From Tubulanus polymorphus (taxonomy: Eukaryota > Animalia > Nemertea), in assembly GCF_964204645.1 (NCBI RefSeq), contig NC_134027.1, forward strand, positions 9,456,485 to 9,520,484: DNA of 64,000 nt. Reading direction: 5' to 3'. Shown here piece by piece: positions 22,701 to 33,607 of the stretch. Numbering within the stretch: the first letter of the stretch is position 1; each line of letters begins with the position of its first letter. A program made the translations under genes and the position numbers. The notes under the pieces are model-generated. The model made no database searches. It had not been told where the DNA came from and saw nothing but the letters and a program-made list of their open reading frames with translations.

Positions 22701-23925
22701 AAAATTTGAATTTTTCAACCCCCCTCCCCCTCTGTGCGCAAAAACGGCCATTTTTCATTAAGCATTACGGTACGCAATTGCACTGACCCCTCCCCTACCC
22801 TATTTGACACTAAATGCTCAAGCATACAGCTGATCAAGCATACAGCTAATGAATGACCTTGTACGCTCATACGCTAACAATTTGATACCAAGATATGTGC
22901 GTTATATAATATATACCATTCCCAGAATATGTTTATTGATTTTTTCAAGCGTGGTTTGTTCAACGACATTTTCTGTAATAATCTGCCCACCACCTGGTAT
23001 AGAAAATTTCCGAATCAAACGAAAACGTTTTCAGTACACAGGATTCGGACGAATTCCGTTGTCAAACCTACCTCGTATATAGTTCATATAGCTGTTTTTC
23101 GGAGAGACTGCTATCAGGGGCCGGAAGCTCCTTCAACGATATATCCGCCTGCAAGAATATCGAAACACATAGCATATCATCGTCGATTCATTTTCAATGA
23201 CCACGCTGGTATAGGAAGTCGAGGTAGCTGCTACGGCTACACTATTTTGAGAGGGATAACACTTGAATTACCCTACTGGAATTTCCAGTTTGCCTCGACT
23301 CGAGTGCAGATTAGTTTGTAAGAATTAGTTGATTTCCAATATATTTCAACTGTTTAAGAGTTATATATCTAATTAACTGAGAACCGTGAAACTAGATCGG
23401 TCAAAACTCCATTGACGTTTACTATATCCGTAGTTGATTTCATCATTTCAAGACACTGCACTGCGTTATGGTTAATGAATTCAAATCTAGGATTCGTCAG
23501 AGGCCAACTAAGGTAACTGCCATTTTCAGCAAATATGTCAATATTTCATCCATAAAAAGTTGGGTTTCATTTATTTGAGATTGGATTCTGACGGACGAGA
23601 ATGTAAATTGTACACTTTTTCAGGTTCATTTGAATAATCATCCTCGGTCGAATTTACTTACCGGTACCTTGACCGAGCTACTACTGGCCAAACTAGACGA
23701 TAATATAGTTTTCTGTTTCTCGGCGGTAGGTTTTTGTAGAGTCTTTTGAACAGATGGCAACGGGTTCGTGAACGATATTGTATCTTTCCGAATGGCAGCA
23801 TTACTTACGGATATAGTCGCTGATGGCCTGAGCTTGGAGAAGGCATCCGTATAAAATATTAATGCCACAATAAACGCAAGTACGAGTGAAATGACAAGCA
23901 GGGCAAATCGACGTTGAAGCATCAT
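10708..23925 (-). CDS. METTL24: METTL24-like (Methyltransf_22/FkbM-type) type II membrane protein with two tandem methyltransferase domains, ~596 aa
   Basis: Exons (-): 23925-23662, 23148-23072, 20810-20682, 20547-20473, 20386-20251, 18535-18203, 17691-17579, 17450-17322, 17225-17151, 17056-16921, 11031-10708. All GT-AG, 1791 nt in frame. N-terminal signal anchor (RRFALLVISLVLAFIVALIFY). The motif series C...R.GN.GDGGW..CLDP...PCL.YSFGIN.D.SFDDAV....C..HAFDPSM, IDY.KIDVE.SEW, Q.GIEYHLP, GFK.W..H.NP, EPCC.E..YVNT occurs twice. Confidence 0.85.
11288..11384. repeat. DIRS internal complementary region (ICR)
   Basis: On + it reads ccataggaaagggtaagtactactcagaaatacaaattttagttccaaaaattgtaat|atttccgtcgagtactgtaccctttcctatggtttttgc. 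This is the element's 3' terminus joined to its 5' terminus, complementary to the sense strand, with one mismatch to each end. Confidence 0.95.
11643..12983 (-). pseudogene. DIRS tyrosine recombinase interrupted by an in-frame TAA (12278-12276)
   Basis: SAM-like N domain (STSTIYDAKWSHFADWC, TIKGYRSAIS, PPWDL). Then ANL*KKTVFLLFLACSARRSEIHAL, KNQ, LCPVRAL, HQVRSMATS, FWNSPSTFTSFYLRD, giving the R...HxxR...W...Y catalytic set. Confidence 0.9.
12554..13747 (-). CDS. DIRS pol C-terminal part: RT connection, RNase H and DNA N6-adenine methyltransferase-like domain
   Basis: RNase H: VFTDASHQGWGA, HINFLEMLAV, TDNSTV..Y...QGGT, HLAGKRNVMADALSR. MTase: LDLFATRFN, VDAFSLDW, YAFPP, LVAPCWPAQKWF. Cut off from the RT N-terminus by a deletion near 13750. 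Confidence 0.85.
   Translation of the reverse strand: MSTTPRTARYWSRLLGSISSMGLVVPLGRLRSRRLQQYWKGFWSQSKGNWEALIPVPPTNLSPDLQWWAATTNLRLGVSLAPLEAPVRVFTDASHQGWGAHLENRVKARRWSRYEATNHINFLEMLAVWKALKFFHRRVEGHHVWLATDNSTVRAYLQNQGGTHSETLTGLSAKILLWCQTKGVSLTVAHLAGKRNVMADALSRRGQAIATEWVLHQEVADRVRGIFGNPLLDLFATRFNRRCPLFVSPFPDAEAWGVDAFSLDWSGMHAYAFPPTPVLPRLLDPIERSVNCNIVLVAPCWPAQKWFLPLCDNPRILPNFPSLLSQGNFRHHPNSQWLNLLAWPLSSDPCQLQAFQNRLPPLSQDLSGHQQVPFMMPNGVILRIGVLQGKLIHAHPL
13750..14282 (-). pseudogene. DIRS reverse transcriptase N-terminal fragment, catalytic core deleted
   Basis: VGGCL...W...GYRL.F, KGAIEPV, PGWFSRIFMVPKATGGQRTVIDLSSLN, FRMT. The expected DLKDAY, PFG and YLDD motifs are absent downstream. Confidence 0.85.
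14149..16351 (-). pseudogene. DIRS gag-like ORF1, split by a frameshift near 16110-16050
   Basis: ATG 16351 gives a Cys/His-rich N-terminus (CGH...HDSCASC...C....PCNIC..W). A second frame continues with an RS-rich region, a helical domain and a basic tail (RGKGK) overlapping the pol start. Confidence 0.75.
18055..18171. repeat. Remnant of a dispersed element rich in TTCCCTGA/TTTTCCAGG blocks (hAT-like CAGGGTGGC terminus)
   Basis: Similar blocks at ~42020-42128 (ends gtggccaccctg) and ~43650-43722 (ends gtagccacccc). Confidence 0.55.
18832..18948. mobile_element. ~115-bp fold-back MITE of the GGGCC(A/G)GTTTTATAGACT family
   Basis: cctggggccggttttatagact...agtctataaaactggccccagg. Further copies at ~30832-30890 (half), ~54149-54250, 57528-57637 and 57688-57800. 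Confidence 0.8.
22674..22860. mobile_element. MITE with GGGATCATTCATTTATTACGTACGCA termini
   Basis: Reverse-orientation copy of the element at 35050-35210. The right end is disturbed by a short duplication (caagcatacagct x2). Confidence 0.7.
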
Positions 23926-24898
23926 GACCTCGTGGCCTTAACGTTTTACCAATGAAAATAATCGCTTCAAAATTCTCTTTCACTCGATAGAAACCTGTAA
24001 TACAAGAAAGATTATTAAATTAGTCGGCCAAAACGGGATAAATGTATTTGTTAACCTCTATTGCTTTCATAAGGACATTTTACGACGTCATCATCACTGT
24101 AGTTCGGACCTAGTTCAAAGATGGCCGACACTGTGAAATGCGTTACGACTGGTTATTAGCACCGACCTCTAGTTAACTAGCTATGTTCTGCCCAGTTTGT
24201 CCGCCGCGCAAGCCATAATGGGCGATATTTCTAAATAGCAAGAAGAGCAGTGAATCGTACTATTGCGCTATTCCACTTAAAACTTTCCGAACTATTCTAT
24301 AATATCTACATTGCTTTAAAATTAATATAGGCCTATAGGCTAAAGGATATTCATCTTAAAATCTGTCTTTTGTGTGTGTTGCTCGAGGAATAGCAGTTTA
24401 AATTGTTTTGAAAATGTCCGAGAATTTATCATAGATTGATGCATCCAGATATATATGACAAACTGCAGTCATCAAAATGGTTTCAAATCAATCTTCATAA
24501 ATCTAACATTTAGTTGTACATTTCAGTTGTACATTTGTGGTATCTGGAGGGCAAGTAACAACTAGATCTGTAGCCAATTCCACAGTAATAACTATAATCA
24601 ATGTTTGAAGGCACATTCTGATTTGGCCCGTTCTAAATTCCGCCCGTTCCAGCGTTTTCACTAGTGGTAATGTGAACGCGTCTCATGTGGATGGAGAGCA
24701 CAATAGAGCACAGGAGCGTGCAGATCATGTTGCTATCACGTGCTACGATTACAATCGTTAGAATGGCAGTACAGTTCATAGATAAGCACTGCAGTAATGT
24801 TTATAAAGAGGGGCACTACAATAGCATTAAATATCTAAACTAAAGACTATAAATGGCATACTTTCTAACCTTTATGATAACATCATTTCAACATAATC

Positions 24899-25036
24899 TG
24901 GGGCCAGTTGCTCAAAAGTTGGTTAGAGTTAATCAGTGGATGGTTGACATAGTGACAATTAAAAGTTCATTATTACTATGATGGTGTTTATCCACTGTTT
25001 GTTTATCTTTAACCAACCTTTAAGCAACTGGCTCCC
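24899..25036. mobile_element. Fold-back MITE of the GGGCCAGTTGC family
   Basis: ggggccagttgctcaaaagttggtta...taaccaacctttaagcaactggctcc. Degenerate copy at ~28064-28162. Confidence 0.7.
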
Positions 25037-25111
25037 CCCACTGATATTCTTACTATTCAAAATCATCACACCCCCCACCAGCTCCAGTTCAATCAAAAAA
25101 TGTTCTTATTA

Positions 25112-25611
25112 AGCCTGGCGCACACGGGCGACAGTTTCGAGCAATTCTCGAGCAACCGGCCGAAATGCTTGGCGTCGAACGAAAAAATCACTCGTCTGCG
25201 GCAAGGGGCGACAGCGATTGCTCGTTGTCGAAAGGAATTGTTCCGTGTCACCCAATATCAAACATGTTTGATATTGGGCGACGGAAAATTGCTTGTCGCC
25301 GAGAAATTGCTCGGCGATCGCTCGGGAGTTGCCCGTGTGCGGTAGCTGGAGATGCCAAGCAACGAGCACCTCATCAACCCAGCCAATGACTAAACGAATA
25401 ATTATCATGTGATACTTCCAAATACGGCATCACCCGGGTTAGTCGCGTGGCCATCTTGACAAGTCACATGATAAAAACGTTTGGCGCGACAGATAATCGC
25501 CTCTCCGTCGCCAGTGGTCGCATACGAGCGACACCTAGCGATCGATTGCTCAACGGTTGCTCAAAAATCGGTTGCAGCAACCGGCGACTGAAAATTGCCT
25601 CGCGCCAGGCT
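25112..25611. mobile_element. 500-bp PIF/Harbinger-like MITE
   Basis: TTA|agcctggcgc...gcgccaggct|TTA. GC/CpG-rich, with internal palindrome cccaatatcaaacatgtttgatattggg. Confidence 0.8.
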
Positions 25612-26605
25612 TTAATCAATGCAGTTCCTGACACAAGGTCTACAGTAATTTCAGCTATCGTATCAACAATTATCTATTGACGACGAGAGAAATCCCAAAT
25701 GATTCAGCAAAATTCTTGGACAGAAAAATATATATTTCTGAGCAACGTTTCGGCTAAATAATATTACTATATATACTCAATATAGCCATCATCAGTCAGT
25801 GACTGTGTCATCCATTTTAAACCGAAATATTTATGTATCTTCTCGACTTATCCATTGGCATAGTTGTCGCGTACAATTAATGAGATAGGATTTAGATTTT
25901 GAGGAAAATAGACAACTTTTTCTAACTAAAAGGCAGGTGGTTTTTTCACGATCCTGATCGATAAACGTGCAGTCACACCGGTCAAATTAGCAATTCCCGG
26001 CCGGAATAACAAGGGAATACATAGTCAGTAACCTGTCTGTGGTTTAGTTTCACGATCGGATATTTTCACAAACCACATATATATATAAGCTGGTATATGT
26101 TGGTATAACTATAAGCTCATCCGATTATAAAAAAGCTTACCACCAACGATTAGGTAACTAACGAATACACTACTATTCTTCAAATTCAAGAATCAATAAC
26201 ATAGCTCAAAATCTAAACCAGCCTTCTTATTCTGAAAGGGGGAATAAATTAGCCCATTAAGGAAATAACGAACCTTTATTCCGCCTCAGCCTCAGTCAGT
26301 TGAGTTGATGAATAGCCAGTTGTTGTTGATGGAAACGCCGAAAGGCTCGGATGATACACGTCGTAGAGATGACGCTAATAGTATAGACTGGTTACCGGTC
26401 TATATGAATGGGACAGGCAACCAGTCTAAGTTTAGTGGTAACTGTTAGTAAATTTTTTAAATCTACTCTTCAAACAAGAAAACTGAATAGAAATTTTTTT
26501 CAAGCTTATGCTCTAATCTAAAAAGAGCATTCATCTCAAAGAAAAATTATTGTCTTGAAAAAAATTATGGGAAATGTGGGACTCGAACCAGTCGCGATCA
26601 ACGCA

Positions 26606-26632
26606 TGACATCACATATTTTGTGTCATGTGA
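26606..26632 (+). promoter_or_regulatory. M-box/CLEAR-like GTCATGTGA plus CRE-like TGACATCA upstream of the V-ATPase d ATG
   Basis: tgacatca at 26606-26613 and gtcatgtga at 26624-26632, ~70 bp 5' of ATG 26698. Confidence 0.5.
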
Positions 26633-26697
26633 TTAATGATGGTGGATCAATCGTAAATATACTTCGTACAAATAGCTAGCATTGAAAATCTGCGAAA

Positions 26698-29600
26698 ATG
26701 TCGTTTCCCGAATTATATTTCAACATAGACAACGGCTACTTAGAAGGTCTGGTTCGAGGGTTTAAAGCTGGTATACTGAGACAAAATGATTACCTAAATT
26801 TGGTGCAGTGCGAAACATTGGAAGGTAAAAATTGTGTGATTTTCAATCAAATTTAAATCAAAATGAATAATGAAGATACAAGGATGTCTTAAATGAATCA
26901 ATTGAATAGATAATAAATTTAATAAATGATCAAATAATTTCTTCAAGAATCATAAGTGGGAAGTATTTTAGGCCCTAAGCTACTAAAACCTGCTTGAAAA
27001 TCTGTGTATGATTAATTTTCGCTGTGGCTACTCGTACGGATTACTCTTGAGGCTATTCGTACGGAACTATACGCTAATTACTGTCGCTGATTGGCTGATT
27101 TACGCCGCGCATGCGCACAGAGGTGCGCGACTTAGAAAATTCAAGGAAAGTGTGGAGAATAGAGTTAGTGAAAAATAGAGCGGATCGAGCGAGACTCAAA
27201 CCCGAGCCAGTAAATTCCTAGCGCAGCGTCATACCACCAGAACACCGAGCTCGCTGACAGTCGGCTGAATGGTTTAACTAGATATAGCCTCACCGTACCC
27301 TAACCCTATCCCTTCCCGTACGAATAATTCCTGCGTACCAATAGCCTCTGGAATTATTCGTACGTGTCCGTACGAATAGCCAATTCGATTAATTTTGGCT
27401 GTCTTTGCTCCACTTGGTGACAGTCAGTGTCATTGATGATGGTGGCTGATTGATTGGTTGGGGGACCATAAAAATATTCCCTTAAAAAAAAGATTGATGC
27501 ACTTACACGTCTCTAATAAGGCCTAGGGTTATTAAAAGGATTTAAGTAAAATTTTAGGTTTAGGATTATGTAGGGCTTGAATTAAAGGGTTAATGAAGAG
27601 TTTTTAGGGTTAGGGTAAGTAATTATCACTAATATTTTCAGATTTGAAGCTCCACTTGCAAAGTACCGACTATGGAAATTTCTTGGCGAATGAAGCGAGT
27701 CCGCTAGCGGTTTCCGTCATCGATGATAAGTTGAAAGAGAAACTCGTCCTCGAATTCCAGCATATCCGCAACCAAGCCGTAGAACCACTTGCTACGTTTT
27801 TAGATTTCATAACGTAAGATTTAAATTCTAAACTCAAAGTTTGAAAAGTTAGTCAAACATACATATGAAAATATGTCTAGATTATCGTGTTTCTGAAGCT
27901 AACGCATTTGCAGGATTTTAATACTATTTGTCAATGGTAACCATTGCTAAGCCTAGTGTAAACCTGTGGGGCAATAACGATTCTACAACACTGTAATGAG
28001 ATTCTTCCCATGATGCCTAAGTGTATAATAGAGTCACAGTTCACAGCCATTTGATAGCCAAGAACAGTTGCACTAAAGTTGGTAGAGTACACAGTGGATA
28101 GTTGACATAGGGACAATTAAAAATTCATTATCTTCAACCAACTTTTGTGCAACTACTGGCCCACTGTAAACCTCGCCCAATTAAGACAAACTGGGACTGC
28201 CAAAAGTGATGAAGCGAAAGTCCTAGTTAAGGATCATAAAATATGTCGGGAGACGATTTCATTTTGGTAGGAGTCAGTCAAGATGAGTTGGCCATGTGGG
28301 AGTTAGACAAGGTTTACTTAATGATGCAAGCGAAGAATGGGCATGATCAGCGGTGTATATGATCAAATATTCATACCCCGGTAGTCTTTGTGAATTTTTG
28401 ATATGATACTTTTTTGTATACTTTAAATATACTTTTAGAATTTATTTTTAACCACCAGGTACAGTTACATGATCGATAATATTATTCTGCTCATCACTGG
28501 AACGTTGCATCAACGGTCGATCGCCGAATTAATCACTAAATGTCATCCGCTGGGAAGTTTCGAAACAATGGAAGCGATTCACATAGCTGCCACTCCGGCT
28601 GAGCTGTACAACGCCGTACTAGTTGATACACCTCTAGGTAATGGTGTCTTTTATGTAAAGCTGTGTTATCAAATTTTACTTCTGCTTTAGTACAAAACTA
28701 TATCATTCAAAAATGACGATGCTGTTGACACTTGGTTGAAGCTGTTATATCTAAAAATCATATTCATTTCAGCTCCGTACTTCATCGATTGTATATCCGA
28801 ACAAGATTTAGATGAAATGAACATTGAAATCATCAGGAACACACTGTACAAGGTAATAACGTGGTATTTGTTGTAAAAACCGTTGCAAAAACAACTTCCT
28901 ATCATAGGGGCATGAGAAAAATTGTGGAAATTGAACTATGAAATAAATTGCATCCTGTTATAGATAACGTCTTATGAAGAACAAATGAATTTGGAAATTC
29001 TTTATTTTTCATACTATTATTTAAGGATTTAAGTCTACAGGAATAACATTGATTAGAATGTTGTCTTCTATTTTTCAGGCATACTTGGAAAATTTCTATC
29101 AATTCTGCAAAGATCTTGGTGGACCTACAGCCGAAGTAATGTGTGAAATATTAGCGGTAAGTTCATTTAGGTATTTTGTGACTTTTGATGAATAAAAAAT
29201 GTTCTACACACAAGATTGTTATTTTGTGAACTTTCGACTGACTTGAGTTATGCAGTAACAACTTTATCTAATATTGCAGTAGGCTTGCAATTTGAACCTA
29301 ATGGTCTCTTTCACTATCATATTCGTTAATCCGAAAGTAAAACCAGTCTAAAAAACCAAACCCAAAACCAAATTAGCTAGTATTGTATTAATGTTCCCAA
29401 CTCCTGTTCAAGTATATTCTAATTTAATTCAATTATTGTTGATTCCAGTTCGAAGCTGATCGAAGAGCATTTATCATAACGATCAACTCTTTCGGTACCG
29501 AACTGACGAAAGACGACCGCGCAAAACTGTTTCCGGAATGTGGCAAGTTGCACCCGGATGGTTTGGCGGCCTTGGCTAGAGCCGATGATTATGATCAAGT

Positions 29601-30375
29601 TCGAGCAGTTGCTGAATACTACGCTGTAAGATTTATCTTTCTGAAGTGCTCTACTCAGTTTCCTATGTCGAAACATACCTATATTTTGTACACAGATTTT
29701 TTCATACCTGTAGGGAACAATAAACCTCTAGTTGTGATGATTTTATCTATTGAAGTAGCCCAGTAAATGTTTGAACACTATGCTATATATAGTAGATTCC
29801 ACCTTACTTCGTACCTTGTCAATGCAGCAAACCGCTTCTGTGGATTTAACTCGATTTATTTTACTTAACTTTATTTGGAAAATCGTCTATTACTTCCTGA
29901 TTTTCAACTCATTTACAGTCTCAACATTACCGATTAAGGCACAACGTACTCTTTTAAGATAGCAGTCTGTGATTAGTGAGATCCTTTTAGGTAAATTAAA
30001 GTAATAAGACATTGAACAATTGGAATTCTGTTTGCAGGAATATAGAGCTTTGTTCGAAGGTTCTGGAAATAATCCTGGTGAAAAGACCTTGGAGGATAAA
30101 TTCTTCGAACATGAGGTATGCTAGTTTACACCAATTGTGGTAATGGCTCGTTTTTCAATAAGGATTTGTTGCTGAGCTCTGCAAATGGTAATGTTTGGAA
30201 TTGTTTCTTCTAGGTAAAACTAAACATGAACGCATTCCTGCAACAATTCCATTACGGTATCTTCTACGCGTACATGAAACTGAAGGAACAAGAATGTCGC
30301 AACATAATCTGGATCGCGGAATGCGTAGCGCAAAGACATCGCGCTAAGATCGACAGCTATATTCCTATATTTTGA
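26698..30375 (+). CDS. ATP6V0D1: V-type proton ATPase V0 subunit d, 350 aa
   Basis: Exons 26698-26824, 27642-27813, 28459-28637, 28773-28852, 29079-29156, 29449-29625, 30038-30115, 30214-30375, total 1053 nt. [21 protein letters not shown]...[26 protein letters not shown]...[19 protein letters not shown]...[12 protein letters not shown]...[32 protein letters not shown]. Confidence 0.97.
27020..27387. mobile_element. Mutator(MULE)-like non-autonomous element with 9-bp TSD
   Basis: attaatttt at 27011-27019 and 27388-27396. TIR cg...tggctactcgtacgga / tccgtacgaatagcca...cg, subterminal (g)ctattcgtacgg repeats and a ccctaaccct motif. Confidence 0.75.
27187..27252 (-). other. Degenerate tRNA-derived (tRNA-Pro-like) segment inside the MULE-like element
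   Basis: Minus strand gctcggtgttctggtggtatgacgctgcgctaggaatttactggctcgggtttgagtctcgctcg has A-box- and B-box-like motifs. The anticodon arm does not pair, so it is not a functional tRNA. Confidence 0.5.
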
Positions 30376-33300
30376 GTTACATTCGGGTAAAATATGGGTT
30401 TTATGAAATGATGAATTTGAAAGAGCATTGGACTATTATATGATGAATTGGATACGTATTCATATAGAGCAATTGCAAGGATTTGGCACCAGTTGACTCG
30501 CTTGCTTCATGATTTTAATGAAAGACGTGCCGCCTACCATGGAAAACTAGATGAATTGATCATTGATGAAAAAGTGTTTAAAATCAAACTTCCCAAGTAC
30601 ACTCTTCAAATTGTTGTGATCTGTGTTTTGAAAATATTGAGCCAGTACGTTGTCTTCTGCTCTTTCAGACTTGCATAGGTGTGTACAGAATGAGCATTCC
30701 AAACAAATTCTATAAACAGCAATTGTAAACTGCAGATATATTGTGGATCTCATCAGGGTTGCATTAATTTCCATTCTACGATATATGCATTCATATAGCT
30801 TAAAACCTGCTAGTAAAACCGACTTAATCAAGGGGCCAGTTTTGTAGACTGGTATTAACTAAGCTGGGTCCCAACTCAATTCATTTCCATATGTGATTGT
30901 AGACAAGATGATGATAATATATCTGTAATGTAGTGCGCATAGGAAAGTATGTATGCTGTACTAGAGTTTAGTCTTTCAGTGTTCATTCTGGGATCAGTTC
31001 AGGAAATGTTGTGTCGTAAAAATGTATATATAATTTAGAACAACGTAGATAGAATTGTTAATCGGTGAATAGTTTAATATATTAATACGTGTAACATATG
31101 ATGATTAAAATGTTCATGTGCGTAATGATGCAATTTTGACTGCAATAACCAGCATATATTAAGTCTACCGCATACAATGTTCGAGTAAATTTGGTATTTC
31201 TGTAATTGCGTTGGTCTTACAAAATTAGGGAGCTGAAATGCAAAGCTCTTTCATTCAAACCAAATGGTCTCGGTCAAAAAGTGAAGTTGGTATGAGTTTT
31301 GATTGTTAAACTTTCACTGCGGCCCAGCCGTAAGTTTGAGTAAGCCACAGCAGATAGCTACGCAGTAAACAGCAACATTTTGCTGAAAAGATCCAGATAA
31401 TTTCAATGAAGCGTTGCCACTAACCAAATGATTAGATAATCTTTCAAAATAGAATGATTGTTGTGTCTGAACAAATATTACCAAAAAATCTAGTCAAAAT
31501 ACTTGCAGGATTCTTGTATATTTAATCTTGTACAATGCGTATGAAATATCTACATGTATGAAATATATATTAAAGATTTATGATATATCTGTGCTCTGTG
31601 TTTGAATAAAGCGTTCAACTCGGAATTGTGCTGTGAGTTTTCCTTCATTCTTGATTACTGCATTGAAACATAAATGCATGTACATATGAAGACCAGATGC
31701 TAATTAGGTTGGCTGGTTTGTAGCAAGTCAACTACAATGTAAATGCTACTTAGTGCAAGTTTTTGATTTGAACTTGCTGAAAAGCTATTTTCTCACAATC
31801 TGAAAAATATTTGTCACAGTAATTTCGTAATTGTGGATACTAGGTTTTCAAATAGTCAAGCACACATCTGGGCAATTAATAATATCTTTTAGAGTGAGAT
31901 AAGTGAAATTTATTGGTCCCATGAGAAGGAAAGTGCAAATTTCAATGTAAGCAAAATATTGATTATCATAATTTATAGTCTGAAAATCTTAGGGACTTAA
32001 TGTGTTTCAAGTTCCCTGTAAAGTGCCCCTGTGGCATGTGAGTCTGCCATCAATTCCTCATGTGCCACAGTAAAATACTGGCTCTCCAAAGTTCAGTGCT
32101 GCCCCTATGAATAACGATAGCGGAATATCCATGAATTAAGATAGTGGCACACCGGAATATTAATTGCATTATAATTAATAAATTCCTTTATCACGTACAA
32201 TACGGACCACTGTAGCACCTAGTTTCTAAAAAAAATGATATCGCGAAACCGTCCTAAGTTTTATGTGATTTTTCTTGTTTGGAACTATTAGCAACAATTT
32301 TCTTGCTTGGTACAGAATAAATTGTTCATTATATGTTTGAATGAGCATTTTCAACCTAAACACTAACTACAAAGTGAGTTTTTTTTTCATTTGTGAGAGT
32401 AGTTTGCAATCCAATATGCCGAATAGAATACAAATACTCGTCACCCTCTACCCAAGTAAAATAGAATTACCCCGATGCAAATTTCAAAACTAATTCATTT
32501 ATAGAAAAAATGCCAGTTGTGTAATTTCAGGGCTGTTTTTTTAAGAGTCCGAGAATATTCTCGGAATCCGGTCCGCAAATCGGTAAATAGTTTGTCCAGT
32601 ATGGTCGTTCAAGGACTTTGGCAAGCGAGTATTATGTTAGTTTCCAACGCTTTCCAACGCTATCGTTTTGCATAGGGGCAGCACTGGACAGTTGAGATCG
32701 CTATTTTATTTTGGCGGGATGATACGGTTTCAATTGCCAATTCCATCAACGCGAATGCTTTATTTAATGAAATGCTTTTCTTAAAAGTCCGTTTTGTAAG
32801 AAATTACTCCCATCTTATTTTTGTTAAAAGAATAAGTTCCAAAATGTTGCAAAGCAGAGTTTAAATTCAAAAAAGCTCAAATTTTCTAAATCATTGTAAG
32901 CTTGTAGAAAAGATGCACCCATTTGTTTGTCATGATAAGTATCACAATAACAGAGGTACAGGTATTTTACTGCAGTGCATGTGTACAGGGTCAGTTTCGT
33001 CCATGAAGGATGTGATTGATGATGATGAGCAGTTACATATTGCCGCAATTCACTAAAAATGGTAATCAGGCAATCTTGAAGTAACCTAGTCTCTGTATAC
33101 CATGAAATGTCAACCGTGCTGAGAATTCAGAAATAAATTTCCAACCAAAATTTCATGACCAAATCAGATGCTAGCGTAGATTCCTCCGTATTTGAATCCT
33201 TTCATGTCGAATAAATAATCAGATCACTGGACACTCTAATCCAATTCTAACACCATTGAAATAGAATATCAATATCAGTTACACTGTCAAACCTTCAAGA

Positions 33301-33607
33301 TCACCTAACAATCGAATAATACACACTGATTCTAATTGGAATGCGGAAGGTTAAAGGTAAAGCTTTGAAAAAAACAGACAACTGAAGAGATAATTTCTAT
33401 GACCAACAGCTGACATTTTTATTACATTGTACAACAACAAATGATAATAATAATAATTCAGTGTTTCATATTCATAGTAATTAATGGATCATTAATAATA
33501 CGTAATTAATCAATTATGTTCTGCGATAATAATTTGTGACGAATAAATTAAAATTTAACCATGATATAGGTGGTACATATGCCAAGTTATATGTAGTATA
33601 CAAAAAT

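Noticed and set aside
25100-25680. Overlapping short ORFs on both strands (also 46325-46761)
   Set aside because: They fall in GC-rich palindromic MITEs and show no transposase motifs.
27520-27620. Telomere-like ttaggg sequence
   Set aside because: Short, degenerate and intronic; more likely a transposon-associated microsatellite remnant than an interstitial telomere.
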